Shown here piece by piece: positions 27,373 through 40,799 of a stretch of DNA of 64,000 nucleotides. Below the pieces are notes generated by a model. That model did no database searches and had not been told where the DNA came from. It saw nothing but the letters and a program-made list of their open reading frames with translations. A program made the translations under genes and the position numbers. The first letter of the stretch is position 1. The number at the start of each line of letters is the position of its first letter. This DNA comes from Takakia lepidozioides (lineage: Eukaryota; Plantae; Bryophyta): contig CM060731.1 of the NCBI GenBank assembly GCA_030704615.1, forward strand, positions 91,760,001-91,824,000. Reading direction: 5' to 3'.

Positions 27373-28283
27373 TGTCGCGGCCCTTTGCCTTGAGGGCGGG
27401 AAGTCGGGACACAAGAGGGGCTGCCCCTGTGGGGGCAGTGGCAGCAAATAGGAAAGGGGGCTAAAGCACCCTTGAGTGCCGAAGGCACTCAAGGAGGTGG
27501 TAGCGCTCACTAGGTGGAGCCTTGCAAACCGGGTGGCAGTGGTGGGGGCTCCATGAGGGGTGGTGGTAGTGTAGGGAGTCGTAGTGGGGGTGGCATAGGA
27601 CTCACCATGAGGCTGAGGTCTTGTGGTGGGAGTCGTGGGGAGTCTTGGGACTCACCACGGTCCATTGGGGCCGTGGTGGGTGGGCCAAGACTCACCGCGG
27701 CTCACCACTGGGACGATCGAGGATCTAAGTGGTGGTGCACCAGATTTGGACTTGGCTACTTGTGGAACCCCCGTGGACACCTACAAAAGTATATATAGTA
27801 GTAACCCCGAGAATGGTGCAAGCCCGTTGGTGACCAAAAACTAGTGAGTCAACGTGCGAGCCGCAAAGCGACCAAGGTGTGGGGAGTTGTTCCGGACTGC
27901 CATTCATTGAACCAATGTAGGCCCCAAGTGGGCACCTATTTCGGGAAGAGATCGCAAATAGTTCCCCGGAAGGAATGGTAACGCAAGAACTCAAGGCTTG
28001 CAGGTTACACCTCCTCTATGGCCCTATTCGAGCGACCAAGGAAACACATGCAGCCGACACGGAGAGAGCCACATTGAAGCTGAGGGCTTTCGCTGCAAAG
28101 GCAGCAGAGCTGAACATAATGGAGAAGAACCCTCTTCCTAGGGCTAGACAAAATACGAGGTGAGACCCCCCTCCGCCCCGAAGTGCTCGAGGGCCCAGTT
28201 TCTGGCAGACGCACGGTCTCGGATCGTGCCAGGGAAGTGGATGAGGACTCCATGTTCGGATAGGAGTTGAGATTGCTCCTTAA
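27373..28283 (+). mobile_element. LTR related to the chromovirus LTRs at 28589 and 34826, in opposite orientation; interrupted by MULE copy 2
   Basis: Starts TGTCGCGGCCCTTTGCCTTGAGGG, the reverse complement of 29293-29316; similarity extends to ~27900. Confidence 0.85.
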
Positions 28284-28588
28284 GAGGTTTACTATTTCAT
28301 GAGCAGAAACCATGAGCCATGAGCCATGAGCCATGAGCCGCATGAGCCGCATGAGCAGTGAGCCGAAGTCTAAGATACGCGGATTTCATGAGCGGACTCT
28401 TCCAAATTTGGAAATGCGGCAGATTAAACAAGTATTAAAATAATAGTTTTTTTATTTGACCTTGCCGTTTTTGGATGTTCCAGATCATGTAATGCGGCAA
28501 AGATATGTCGTCAGTAACAAGTCCGCTCATGGTTTTATAGATCCGCTCATGGAAATAAGTGACCGTGCAACGGGAAATCCAGTATACC

Positions 28589-29316
28589 TGTCGCGCACCT
28601 CACTTCGGTAAACTCCCCTTCAAGTCATAGTTACTCGCTTTGATGCGCGCGCCTGACTCCCAACCTGGCCGCCGGGCCAACTTGGAGCTTCGGCTGCTCA
28701 CCGGGACATAACAGTCCCCCCCTTGGCTTCCCTCTAAAACCCTCCACCTAATTGGGACTAGGAGAATTCCATTTGGTAGATGGCAGTCCGGAACAGCTCC
28801 CCACTCTTTGGTCGCTTTCCGGCTCGCTCGCTTACTCACTAGCTTTTGGTCACCAACGGGCTTGCACCGTTCTCCGGGTCACTACTCCCCTTATATATAC
28901 TTCTGTAGCTGTCCGCGGGGGTTCCACAACCAGCCATGCCATTTTATGGCGAACCACCACGAAAACCCTCGACTCCCGGTGATGAGTCGCGGTGAGTCTT
29001 GGCCCGCTCACCACGGCCCCTATGGACCGTGATGAGTCCCAAGACTCCCACGACTCCCACCACGAGGTCTCCGCCCCCATGGTGAGTCCTATGCCACCCC
29101 CACTAAGTCCCGCTAAGCTACCACCACCCCTTGTGGAGCCACCCCCACCGCAACCCGGTGTGCGGGGCTCCACCTAGTGAGCGCCTCCGCCTCCTTGAGT
29201 GCCTTGGGCACTCAAGGGTGCTTCAGCCCCCCATACCTATCGCTGCCGCTGCCCCCACACAGGGGCAGCCCCTCATGTGTCCCGACCCCCTGCCCTCAAG
29301 GCAAAGGGCCGCGACA
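28589..29316 (-). repeat. 3' LTR
   Basis: TGTCGCG...CGCGACA termini; direct repeat of 34826-35555. Confidence 0.95.
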
Positions 29317-30220
29317 CACACCCCTACCAACAGGGAGTCGATGTCCTCATCGACTTGTCCATTTTGTAGAAACGAACATCCAAGTTGTGGCGTCCCACAT
29401 CAAGGAGTTTGTTTCCGCACCATGGCGTCCCATGGCAAAGAACCAAACCCCACACTTGACTCTACTTCCACTAGCTAGTTCGGCCGACTTCCTCCAAGTC
29501 CCGGCCAAGGGTGGAGCCTCTCCAGCTCCTCCCAGTGCACTCTTCTTGGCTTACTTCAAGGCCAAGGAACGATCCTCCCCGAGGATCGAATCGCCTTACT
29601 GCAACAACATTGCTTGCGATCGCTCATGATGCCGCTTTTGGCATCACCTTGAGCAAGGGTTCACCTGGAACCCTCTTTGACTAGGACGATAACCTTGAAC
29701 CAACCGTGCGCCCCAATCACTACAATTGGGTCCGCCTTGGAATGCTGGCCTGAGGTACGGGAACACGCCGAAGCCGCACTACGACTTCGTCCCGAGGCTA
29801 CACGATTATAGTACGTGAACGGAAGCACGTAGCTTCCGCGTTAGCCCGCACTACAAGGCAACCCCCTCGGTAGCGCAGTTATAGTACACGCACGCGCCAG
29901 GTGCGCACTAGCACGTGAACTCCCAAAGAAGGCGCAAGTTTCCTTGCCCCTTGGATGGGAGTCACCCGATTTTGGCACTGCGCAAACACACGATTACCCA
30001 ATTTACCTCTCCCACTTTTGTAAGCTAGCATGTATTCTACACACTAGCCAACCACACCATGCATCACCATTCCAAACACAATAGGACGCACAATATTTGG
30101 AACCCATTTCCTTTATAACAAATTTTTGTACAATACAAGTTTTTGCAATTGGATTCCTGAGCTAGCTAAACCGGGCTAAGCATGCATTTCCTCCCCCACG
30201 CTCCAAGGTTGATGTCCCCA

Positions 30221-33200
30221 TCAACGCTTCTTCCGCTTTTGAGGTCGCCCTTCGAAAGCTGCAACCGCCTCGGATGCGTTTCCCATTTCTGAGGCACGCA
30301 CCCAAGATGCCTCCACATGATGATAGCCCTTCCATTTGACGAGATACTCCGTTTCTCGGTTCCTGAACCTCCTCGACTTAAGTATTGCCTCCACCTCGTA
30401 CTCAGGTTCATTTTCATGATCCAACAGCATAGGTGGCGGACGCAACACTTGATGCCGATTCGGACGCGCTTCATCTTTGAAGTAAGGCTTCAAAAGGGAG
30501 ACATGGAATACTGGGTGCACCTTGCTGTTTGCCGGCAGCTCCAATTCATACACATCCTCATTCATAACCTTCCGAATGCGAAAGGGTCCCACATACGGAG
30601 GTACGAACTTCGGACTCACTTCCGGAGGTAGTCGGAAATTCTTGATGTTCAACCAGACCTCTGTGCCTGCCTCAAACTTCACTTCCCTCCGCTTCCGATT
30701 CGCCTGCTTTCATACCGTTTCCTAGCTTTGGCAATATTGTACTTTGCGAGCTTCAACAAACGCTCGCGTTCTTCCAGTACCGCCGCTACTGCCGGTTCCT
30801 CAACGTCCTGGGCGGCCCAACTTGTCGGCACCAGAGGTGCTTTTCCATAGACCAACACGAAAGGGGAAACTCCCGTTGCGGAGTGTTCTGTGTTATTATA
30901 ACAGAACTCTGCCGCGTCTAAGTGTTCCATCCAGTCTGATTGGTCTGCCGACACGTAATTCCGCAAGAATTGCTTCACTACGGAATTCACTCTTTCCGTT
31001 TGGCCGTCCGTCGTAGGTCGGAAGGCGGTGCTCATCTTCAGCCTCGTCCCCATCTTCTTCCAAAGTGCTCTCCAGAATTTACTCGTAAACTTTGGATCGC
31101 GGTCCGAGACAATATCCTTCGGGACTCCATGATGCTTTAAGACGTGGGCGAAGTAAAGTCGCCCTGTCTCCTGCGCCGTTGTCGTCTCCTTGGTGGGGAT
31201 GAAATGGCCCATTTTACTGAACCTATCTACCACCACCATGATTGCATCGAATCCTTTTGACAGCGGCATAGCAGTCATGAAATCCATCGAGACGCTTTCC
31301 CAAGTCCCCTCTGGAATCGGCAAGGGTTGTAACAGCCCCGCTTGCTTTTTGTACTCGCTCCGGTTTTGTTGGCATGTGGTGCATGTCTTGACATACTCCT
31401 CTGCCTCCTCCCTCAGTTTGGGCCAGAAATACTCTTTCTTCAAGAGTGCCGCAGTGCGCTTGGCTCCACCGTGGCCCGCAAGCGGGCTATCATGGCATTC
31501 TCTCAAGAGACTATCCTGATCCCTCCCTTCGGCACGTAGAGACGCTTTTGCTTATACCGAGCAGTCCATTTTGCAAGTGGAACTGCGATTTAACCCCCAT
31601 CCTCAAGTCCTGCATCACGGACTTCGCTAGCTCATCCTTCCGGCAAGCCTTCCGGATCTTCCTTTGGAGTGCCGTCTTGCTCTTGTACACCAACAAGAGC
31701 TGCTGCTTCTCTACTTAAAGCATCGGCCACCACATGTCCCGTCCCGGTTTGTACTGGATATCCACGTCGAACACTGCCAAAGTATCTTGCCACCTAAGTT
31801 GTTTTGGGGACAACTTGGGCTGCGTGGCAAAATACTTCACCGTGACATTGTCCGTGAACACCTTCACTGGGTTGGAACCAACATAGTGGCGCCAGAGCTC
31901 AAGGCAATGCACCACCGCCTTCATCTCTTTTTCGTGCGTCGGCCACCGTCGCTCCACTTCATTCAGTTTCTTACTTTCGTAAGCCACTGGACGTCCATCT
32001 TGCATAAGTACACCCCCAATCGCGAAGTCCGACGCATCTGTATGAATCTCAAATGGACGATCGAACTCCGGGATTTTCAAGACTGGAGCTTCCGCCATCC
32101 GCTGCTTCAATTCAGCAAAAGCTTGGCCACAAAAGGTGTTCCATGCCCAGACTTAGATTTACACAGAAGGTCTGACAGCGGCCCGCAATCTTGGCGAAAT
32201 TTCTCACATACTTCCGGTAATAGGAGGCGAGTCCTAGGAAGGATCGCACTCCCGGGACCGAAGTCGGAGGCTCCCAGTCCAAGATCGCCCTCACCTTTCT
32301 GTCATCCATTTTGATCCCATCCTGTGTAATCACATGCCCCAAGAACTCCACTTTTGTGACCCCGAATTCGCACTTTGAAGCTTTGGCATACAGCTTCCCT
32401 TCTCGCAATTTTTGGAACACCCTTTTGAGGTGCTCCAGGTGCTCCTCCTTTGTTTTCGAGTACACCAAGATGTCGTCGATGTACACGATCACAAAGTCAT
32501 CCAACCACTCCTGGAAAAGGCTGTTCATCAGCGTGCTAAATGTCGCTGGTGCATTGGTGAGCCCAAAAGGCATCACCAAGAACTCATATGAACCATACCT
32601 TGTCCTGCACGCGGTCTTCTCCTCATCTCCTTCCGCCACCCGAATTTGATGATAGCCGGAGCGCAAGTCGATCCGGCTGAAATACTTCGCTCCTGCCAAC
32701 CGATCGAAGAGGTCGTCGATCCTTGGCAAAGGGTACCGGTTTTTGATAGTCACCTTATTCAGAGCCCTGTAATCGACACACATCCGCAGCGTCCCATCCT
32801 TCTTGTCTGCGAATAGCACCGGGGCTCCGTAAGGTGACTTACTCGGCCGGATGTACCCCTTTGACATTAGATCCTTGAGCTGAGTCTTCAGCTCGACCAA
32901 CTCTCTGTGGCTCAACCGGTAGGGCGCCTTGGCAGGCGGTTCCGATCCCGGTATCACCTCAATCTTGTGGTCAACTCCTCTTCGCGGTGGCAAGCCGCTT
33001 GGTAAATCCTCCGGCATCACATCCTGGTATTTCTCCAAAATCCCTTGATCCAATCTGGGCTCGGCTCCCCATCGCCTTCTCCTTCACTTCTCTAATGTAA
33101 AGCAAAAACTGGGGCTCGTGTGCCTCCTCCACGGCCCACTCCTTTGCTGACAGAAGGTTTATTCGCCCTCCCACGGATTTGGGCGTTTCCGACACTCGTA

Positions 33201-34600
33201 AAACCTCGCCACCATTCCCACATGGCAGCGTGACTACTCTCTTGCGGCCATCTATGACCGCTCCGGATTTGCTCAAAAAGGTCATCCCCAAAATGAGATC
33301 CACTCCATCGATCTCGCAGATGGTGAAGTTCTCACGTCCCTCCCAACTCCCCAGTTGAAGAGGAACATCAATCGCCAACCTTGTCGCCAACTGTGGTTCT
33401 CCTTTGGCAGAACGCACCTCAATAGAGGCCCCCACGTCACTTGTCGGGAGTCCCAGCTTTTGTGCCGTTGCCGGTGTCATGAAGGAGTGCGACGCTCCTG
33501 TGTCCACCAACAACGACACATTAGTTCCGGATATTATCCCATCCACGAACAATAACTGACTCCTTTTCGTAAGGCGCCAGTTTCCTGATACAACTCACAA
33601 GAAAATTTGCCTACCTTGCAAGTCCTGGCGACCACCGCTTCCACCAAGCGACTGATGGTATCTTCCGACAGCTCCGTGGTCGCCCGAGTCATGTTCAATT
33701 GTCGGGCTTCGTGCACTTCTTGGCCATGTGCCCGGGCTCCCCGCAATTGAAACACACTCCATCAAAGGTCGCCTTCTGTCCGCCATAAGCCGCTCCACCC
33801 GCTTTTCCTTTCGAAGCACCGGGTGCCGCCTTGACGTGTGAAGGCCCTCCCTTCGATTTCCACGTGCCATTTTCGCCGCGTGGCCTATCCCACTTCTTTT
33901 CCGGTCGGAAGGAGTCACCTTCCCGCCGAATCTTCTTGTGGTTCAGCTCCGTACGGCCTTGTCTTTCACCCCTAGGGACATCCGAGAAACATTCAGCCCT
34001 CTCAATTGCCTCGTTCAAAGTCTTGGGTGGCTTCTCCTCCAACTTCCGCCTGGCCCATGGGGCCAGTCCCGCCACAAAGTTGAAGACCATTTCTGGTTCT
34101 GCCATGTCCGCGACTTCGAGCAACAGCACATTGAAAGCCTGGACATACCCCGAATGTCATCTGTTTGCTTCAAATTCCTCATCTTGTCCCGGGCAAGCCA
34201 GGACGCGTTGAGGGGCACAAACTGTCTCTTCATCAATTCCTTGAACCCACTCCAGTTCAAGGTTTCCGGACTTGGACCTCGGTCGTGAAGCGTTTCTGCC
34301 ACCATTGTTGAGCATAGCCCCTCAAATAGGTGGGAGCCACTTCCACCCGATCCTCGTCACTCAACTTGGCCGCCCGGAAGTACTGCTCTAGCTCCAAGAG
34401 CCAGGTGTTGAGTGCCTTCCGATTTCGGACGCCCTCGAAGGTGCCGGGTTCCTTAGGCTTCACCTTAAACTTTGCCTTAGTGGAAGTGGCATTAGCCGCC
34501 TTCAACACGTCTTTCAACGTCCCGCCAAACTGCGCCAACAACCCTTCCCAAAAGGCTGCCGGCATGGGAGGCATCTCTTGGTTGTCGGAGCTCTCAAGGA
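30221..34600 (-). pseudogene. gag-pol (gag, CCHC, protease, RT, RNase H, integrase, chromodomain), frameshifted as assembled
   Basis: CFNCGEPGHMAKKC; LVDTGASH; YIDDIL; TDASDFAIG; SMDF..SDRD..GQTERVN; YEVEAILKSR..EYLVKWKGY. Confidence 0.95.
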
Positions 34601-34811
34601 TTCCTCGGGCTCCGACTCCTCGGATTCCTCCCGCTCTTGGGCGGCCTCGTTTTCGGAAACATGCATCGCTTCCTCAAACGGCCGCCTCGGTGACACGCCG
34701 CCCCATCGGGCTCACCGGGATCATCATCTTTTGGGCCGTTCCGCTTTCGCTTCGGCTTGCCCGACCCCATGATGAGGCCAATCCCAAGGACGATCGCGTA
34801 CTGAACTCTAA

Positions 34812-34823
34812 GCTCTGATACCA
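34812..34823 (-). other. primer binding site (tRNA-iMet)
   Basis: TGGTATCAGAGC on the minus strand, 2 nt inside the 5' LTR. Confidence 0.92.
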
Positions 34824-34825
34824 AG

Positions 34826-35555
34826 TGTCGCGCACCTCACTTCGGTAAACTCCCCTTCAAGTCATAGTTACTCGCTTTGATGCGCGCGCCTGACTCCCAA
34901 CCTGGCCGGGGCCAACTTGGAGCTTCGGCTGCTCACCGGGACATAACGGTCCCCCCCTTGCTCCCTCTAAAACCCTCCACCTAATTGGGACTAGGAGAAT
35001 TCCCTTTGGTAGATGGCAGTCCGGAACAGCTCCCCACTCTTTGGTCGCTTTCCGGCTCGCTCGCTTACTCACTAGTTTTTGGTCACCAACGGGCTTGCAC
35101 CGTTCTCGGGGTTACTACTCCCTATATATACTTCTGTAGCTGTCCGCGGGGGTTTCACAACCAGCCATGCCATTTTATGGCGAACCACCACGAAAACCCT
35201 CGACTCCGGTGATGAGTCGCGGTGAGTCTTGGCCCGCTCACCACGGCCCCTATGGACCGTGATGAGTCCCAAGACTCCCCACGACTCCCACCACGAGGTC
35301 TCCGCCCCCATGGTGAGTCCTATGCCACCCCCACTAAGTCCCGCTAAGCTACCACCACCCCTTGTGGAGCCACCCCCACCGCAACCCGGTGTGCGGGGCT
35401 CCACCTAGTGAGCGCCTCCGCCTCCTTGAGTGCCTTGGGCACTCAAGGGTGCTTCAGCCCCCAATACTATCGCTGCCGCTGCCCCCACCACAGGGGCAGC
35501 CCCTCATGTGTCCCGACCCCCTGCCCTCAAGGCAAAGGGAAAGGGGCCGCGAACA
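34826..35555 (-). repeat. 5' LTR
   Basis: Direct repeat of 28589-29316, adjacent to the PBS. Confidence 0.93.
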
Positions 35556-36115
35556 CACTGCAAAAGGACGGCGCCATACGGCCTGTATAGAGTATTCGCG
35601 GCTACATGCCTTAAACATTGGAATGAAGCGACCCTTTGCCGCCGATTTGAACCAATGGAGTCTGCACCAATACAGTCTGCAGTACTTCCACAATTTGTCT
35701 TCTTCGGGTATTCGGCGGAAAGGTTACAACTGAACTGGGAAATAAGGTGCCACATTAGGGTCGCACGTGCGAAATTCGGAAGCGGTTGGTTGTTGGCGAG
35801 GCCGCCTCTACCAGAGTACCTACGACGGATACTGGAAAATGCGGGCGACCCGCATTTCTCTTGCGGAGGTCGAATGAGGAAGAGGCAAGCAATTTCGGGA
35901 AAGCAGAAAAACATGAAGCCTCCAAATACAAAACTACATGCACGTGGAAACAAGTGAACGATCTAGTTATATATTAGTTCGAGCAAAACAGTGTTACTGT
36001 AGGCAAGAAATTAGTCGGACCTTTCTGTGGCCAGAGTCTGAGGTACTGGCGACAGTACAGTTCTACTATCCGAAAAAGGATGGGGCGTACCATTGTATTG
36101 GACCGCAAGCCAAGC

Positions 36116-39010
36116 TCACTGGTTCCCTCGATCCATATTCAGAAGAGTGTGAACCTCCTGGGGGCTCAACCCGGATGCATGTATGAAGTGATGATTGTGG
36201 AATTACAACGGAGTCTCTTTAGTACACGTAGTACAAAATGCTTGCAAGGGCAGTATGATGCCCCTTGTTCGCCATGATCTGGAAGTCGGTTTGCAATTGC
36301 AGTGGGTAATTCTGAAATGGTGATGGTGTACACCTCATTGCAAAAGGCGGCCCGCATGGCCTCTGATACACAGGCCGAATCCCGGTGGGGGCACTTCAGT
36401 CGAGTCTGATTGTACAGTTCATCGAAAGTGCATTCCCCATCCTTGTTCCGTTTTTACTTTTGAGGGAGGTCGCCGCCTCTTCGGTTTCCCCCAACGGTTG
36501 TGTCGGATGCTTAGACTGTGTGTACATTGTTCTTGCTCTCACAGGGGTCGGTGGTGGAGGCTGTGGAGGGAAGCGGAAATGGTTGATCTTGGGACACAGT
36601 GAGCGCTGCACCATCCGAAATCCTGCGGCGGTAAGGGCGCGGCCTCAACCTGAATCAGATCGAAGCCTGGTTCCACCGGCAACACCGGGGGAGCCTCTGG
36701 CATTGTTTGTGCCGTACTTGGCTTTCCATACCCGCAAGTCATAATGTCGTGCTTGCAGAACCAGAACTGGGTGTGGTTGTCGCCTCCGCAAACTTTGCAT
36801 GGACAAATCTTCCTGTAAAAGTAGGAGCAGGGACAGCCCATCTGGATTCCTCCTTATCATCTAAACAACTTGCCGTGTATCCACACGAATGCGGAAACAC
36901 CTTCCTTGAAACGACGGCTTTGTGCGAGCAATTCTCCACTGTGATGCAGACACAGTCGTCTCCACAATGGCTTGGCCATACTGCATAACAGCGGGCCGAA
37001 ATCTGGGTGCAAGGGAGCGGTGGGAATTTCTCGCACGAAATCCCCGGTTGAAGGCGACGACGATCTGGAATTTCTTGGGCTTCCACTGCTGGAAGACACA
37101 TTGTGCGGCAACATGACGGGACCTCGAGGTGCTGTCCGAATGTTCCTGTCGGATCTCCAGGAATCCTCTTCGCACCCGGGTTCCTCTTCAATCCTCTGCC
37201 TGACAGGGCGAGTCCGGACGTCCCCCTCTAGGTGTTCACATCTGCGGTGCAAAGGCGTCCCTTTGATCTTCTCTCGCAATGTTGTCGCCCATTTCACTGG
37301 ATGCTTGGACCTCGAAGTGTTCGTACAACAATCCTCCCTATCCGGCCCAAAGCCCCATTGTTTTGCCGCTCAGGAACTTGTAGTACGTGGCTTGCTGCAT
37401 GATGCTCTGTCGATGTCCTCCGTTGTGGCCGTCACTACGTCCACTAGATGTGCGGCAGAAGACGCTCGCCAGGGAGGAGTGGACCGATTCTGCCATATTC
37501 GTGTTCGGCATGTCCGTGTCGGAATCCAAGCACCGCTTCTAGAAGGACACAAACAATGGTGAGGGACCAATCGAAATGTCCGTAACAGAAAGACAAATGA
37601 ACGAAAATGACAGCAGCCTACCTCCCGCATGTACTGTCCGAACTGTCGATACCGAAAATGCCACCACCCCAACCAGCTGTGCAATGCTCCTAGATTGGTT
37701 GTCTCCACTGCACCTGACGTGTTCCACCAAGCCTCGATGATAGCAAACTTAACCTCCGCGTCATCAAATGTGGGTGCATCCTTCCACGCCGTACAAAGGA
37801 CACGGTGTTCAGCCTGGAATGAGCTAGCAACAAATTTGGTAGTGTAGTGGGATAGACTCTGCATCCAATGGAATCCACAGGATCTCTCTTTCCCTCCATT
37901 GGAACATTAGGGTCCTCACCGTACACACGCCGCACCGCTGCCCAGTTGGCTTGAGCGTTGTCTGCCATGAATCCCCTGAAATTGGGCTCTGGCAATCCGC
38001 CCTTGCCATCTGCTCGTTTATGCCCTCCCATAGATGCATCTCGGACTGTGTGTCCTCCCCTTTCATCTCGCAGATTGCAATCGTCATGAGCCTCTTGGAG
38101 TGATAGTCATAAACATGCGCACCCATAGTCACCCACTAATGGTTTGTAATTCGCTTGATGTGATCAAACATCACCCAAGCATTCGACAAGTTTCCAGTTG
38201 TCATGCGAGTGACCAAGTCGACTCCACTCCCAGGCCCACACGTCGACATTTTGAAAATGTAACAACGATCGGATTCGCTGCCTTGCCCTGGAACCTGCTA
38301 CCTTGGATGTAGTCATATCCAGTCATTCGTTTCACCTCCAGGATTGAGTACATGTCCGACCCCCTGCCGAACTCCTGCTTGCAAGATACGATGTGATTCC
38401 GCACATTCGGACTACAAACGTGCGAGACGGACTCCAAGAGGTCACGCATCTCGTCTTCGGTCAAGGGCTCTCGGTCGGAACCATTTTCAGACATGATTTT
38501 GCCAAGAGCAATCTTGTGGGCTGCCTTCAGCTGAATCTGCTTTGGTCTGGCTCCGGGGCTCATTTCACCTCCTCTTTTATGATGTTGTGTGCTTCCTGCA
38601 CAGCCTCCCGCATGTTGCCTCTCGCCAAGGGGTGGCAGTGGACCCCAACGTGTATGCAAGCTCTAGTCAAGTCCGGGAGCAAATGGATTACGTAATATTG
38701 CTTGGCTCTGCACATGGACATGCAGGTCGGTGGTTCTTTGCAGTGTGCACACTTGAAAGAACCCGCAGGAGCTTGGCTGGAGACAATGAATGGATGATGC
38801 GTTGTGCCAGTCCAATCCGTCTCGTTTCTCCGCCCTCCTTTGGAGAGAAAGTGGAAGCAGGTGTGATTGAGGCACCTCAGCTTCCCCGCACAGAGGACAT
38901 ATCGTACATGAACACCATCAGCAATTTTTGTGCTACTGGTCTTCGTCACACACCAGGGGTGTCCGTCATGCTTTCGATCCATGTCTGTTAACATCCCGGA
39001 GGCTTTGTTT
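36116..39010 (-). pseudogene. MULE transposase of copy 2: GCM-like domain, DDE core, SWIM (3' part)
   Basis: DGHPW..CAGKLRCLNHTC..CAHC..C..GVHCHP (38630-38975); WVMFDHIKR (D ~38164); FMADNAQAN (D ~37961); CGFHW (CxxH ~37870); NTNMAESVH (E ~37489); CPCKH SWIM ~36245; probable GT-AG intron ~37540-37621; frameshifts. Confidence 0.88.
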
Positions 39011-40799
39011 GACGAAGAAATCATGTGCTCCATGTGTTCCGTCTTCCTTCTCCTCGGCATGACAGTCGTCTTTGGTATCACGTGCTCGTGCGGTTTATTT
39101 GTTCAACTCCCAGCTGAGTTGTGCACATATGTGAGGGGCGCGGTAGAGAGATCTGCGGGTTTTTTTTTTTCACCAGAGTTTCTGCGTTCCTTTGTATCTC
39201 GTATTGAGGTCGTCATGGCATACTATTCAAGTAGCAATGCCAGTCTTATGAAGGCATGGATTGAAGATCCCCGCGATATCTCCGAGGTGGTGCAGCCGCG
39301 ACTGGAAGGGACACGCACCGTGGTTGCGAACATTCTATTTGGCGGTGGCATGGAGAAGTCCGTGTCGCTGGAAGGAGTTGTAATGGTGTACACAATGCCC
39401 CAAAGTCATATGCTTTGCATTGTTACTACGGGGGATCCTCTGTGTATTTGGAATGTCATTGCTTGTGCAGCAGAGGAGAAGGGATTCCGTGTGGACACTA
39501 CATCGAAAGTTCGGATTGCAGGGGACTATTTGTGGTTGGAGGTGAACCTCCGCACGAGTTAGAGGATCTTTAGCATTGTCAAGGCAGACAAGGGGGGGGG
39601 GGGGGGGGTCCTATTAAAGGTCCCCATTGTGGACCTGAAAAAAACCCTAGCTGCAATAAAAACAAACGCCTTGGTGAAGGGTAGCTTTACAGTGCGTTTG
39701 AAGAAGCAGTATAGTCTAGAGAGAGGGGATAATAGTGTTGCTTGGTCATTGGGCCTCACTCCCACGAGTGTTTTTTTCATTGACAAAACTGACATTGGAG
39801 AATCTTGTGCCATGGAGAAGCTAGTGCAGGACTTGAGTGCCCTCAAAGTCAGTCCAGCCCTGTCGGCTTTGCTGCTGGCTGAGGTAGGATCGTCAACGTC
39901 CAAATCATCGAAATAATGGAGAATGCAAAAGCAAAATGTGGGTGAAGTGCATATCATTTGGGAGATAGAGTTGGGTACAACTGTCCATCGAAGTATGAAA
40001 GGATACTTGAACAGTTTCGTCGGAGGACTTGTGAGGCACATTGCTGTAGAGGCATGTAGAAGCTTTTGAGGAGTTTAAGTGTACAGAAGTGTAGAGGCTT
40101 GGGTGAAGATGGTGGAGAGGTATACGAGGACGGGCAACATCACAGTGTTCAATCCTTTTGCGTGTTTGAACGAAAGACAACGGCAAAGAGACATGGGGGA
40201 TGGAGAGGCGTATGTCTTCAGACTTTGTGCCATAGACATGGAAATGTATGGACCACAACATCCTGAATTACGAATGTTGGGTTTTTCGCGGTTGGTGCAA
40301 ATTTTTGAGAACCATCCTACTGCTGTGCAGTTCATTTCCGAGCCCGATATCAGGTGGCCTCTGTGTATGTATCACTATGGAAATCCTAATCGCCGCCCCC
40401 CCCCCCCCCCCAGCCCCCCCACCCTGCCCCGACCCGCCCCCATCCGTCACCCCATGCATCACATGAGTCGCATGATCCATGTGTTGCAACCATCCCATGA
40501 TGACGGACGGCCTCCCATAACATGATGTGACACATAGCCATTGCAGGCCGTAGGTGATCCCAATCATCATGCTCGTGTGCTTTTCGCATCCTGTCCGCAC
40601 GCACATGGCGTCGCTGTCGATGCGGCCCCTCGCCTGTCACCACCCATGTCAATTCTTGAGTGTTGAGATTCATGGCAGCCTCAAGACATCGAGATGGTGA
40701 AACAATCCAGCATGCGCAAAGCGCGCAAAACATACCATGAGGAGTACGACTCGGACGAGTGGGAATCGCTGATTATGCCTTGTTCCATCTTGAGTATTG

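Larger units (their letters stand above)
28589..35555 (-). mobile_element. full-length Ty3/gypsy chromovirus LTR retrotransposon
   Basis: Near-identical ~728-bp LTRs (28589-29316; 34826-~35555), PBS, gag-pol domains in gypsy order. Left flank ATACC; the right junction is degenerate, so the TSD is not confirmed. Confidence 0.97.

Noticed and set aside
34330-34818. Plus-strand ORFs over the gypsy element and its LTRs
   Set aside because: Antisense shadows of gag-pol or GC-rich LTR sequence.
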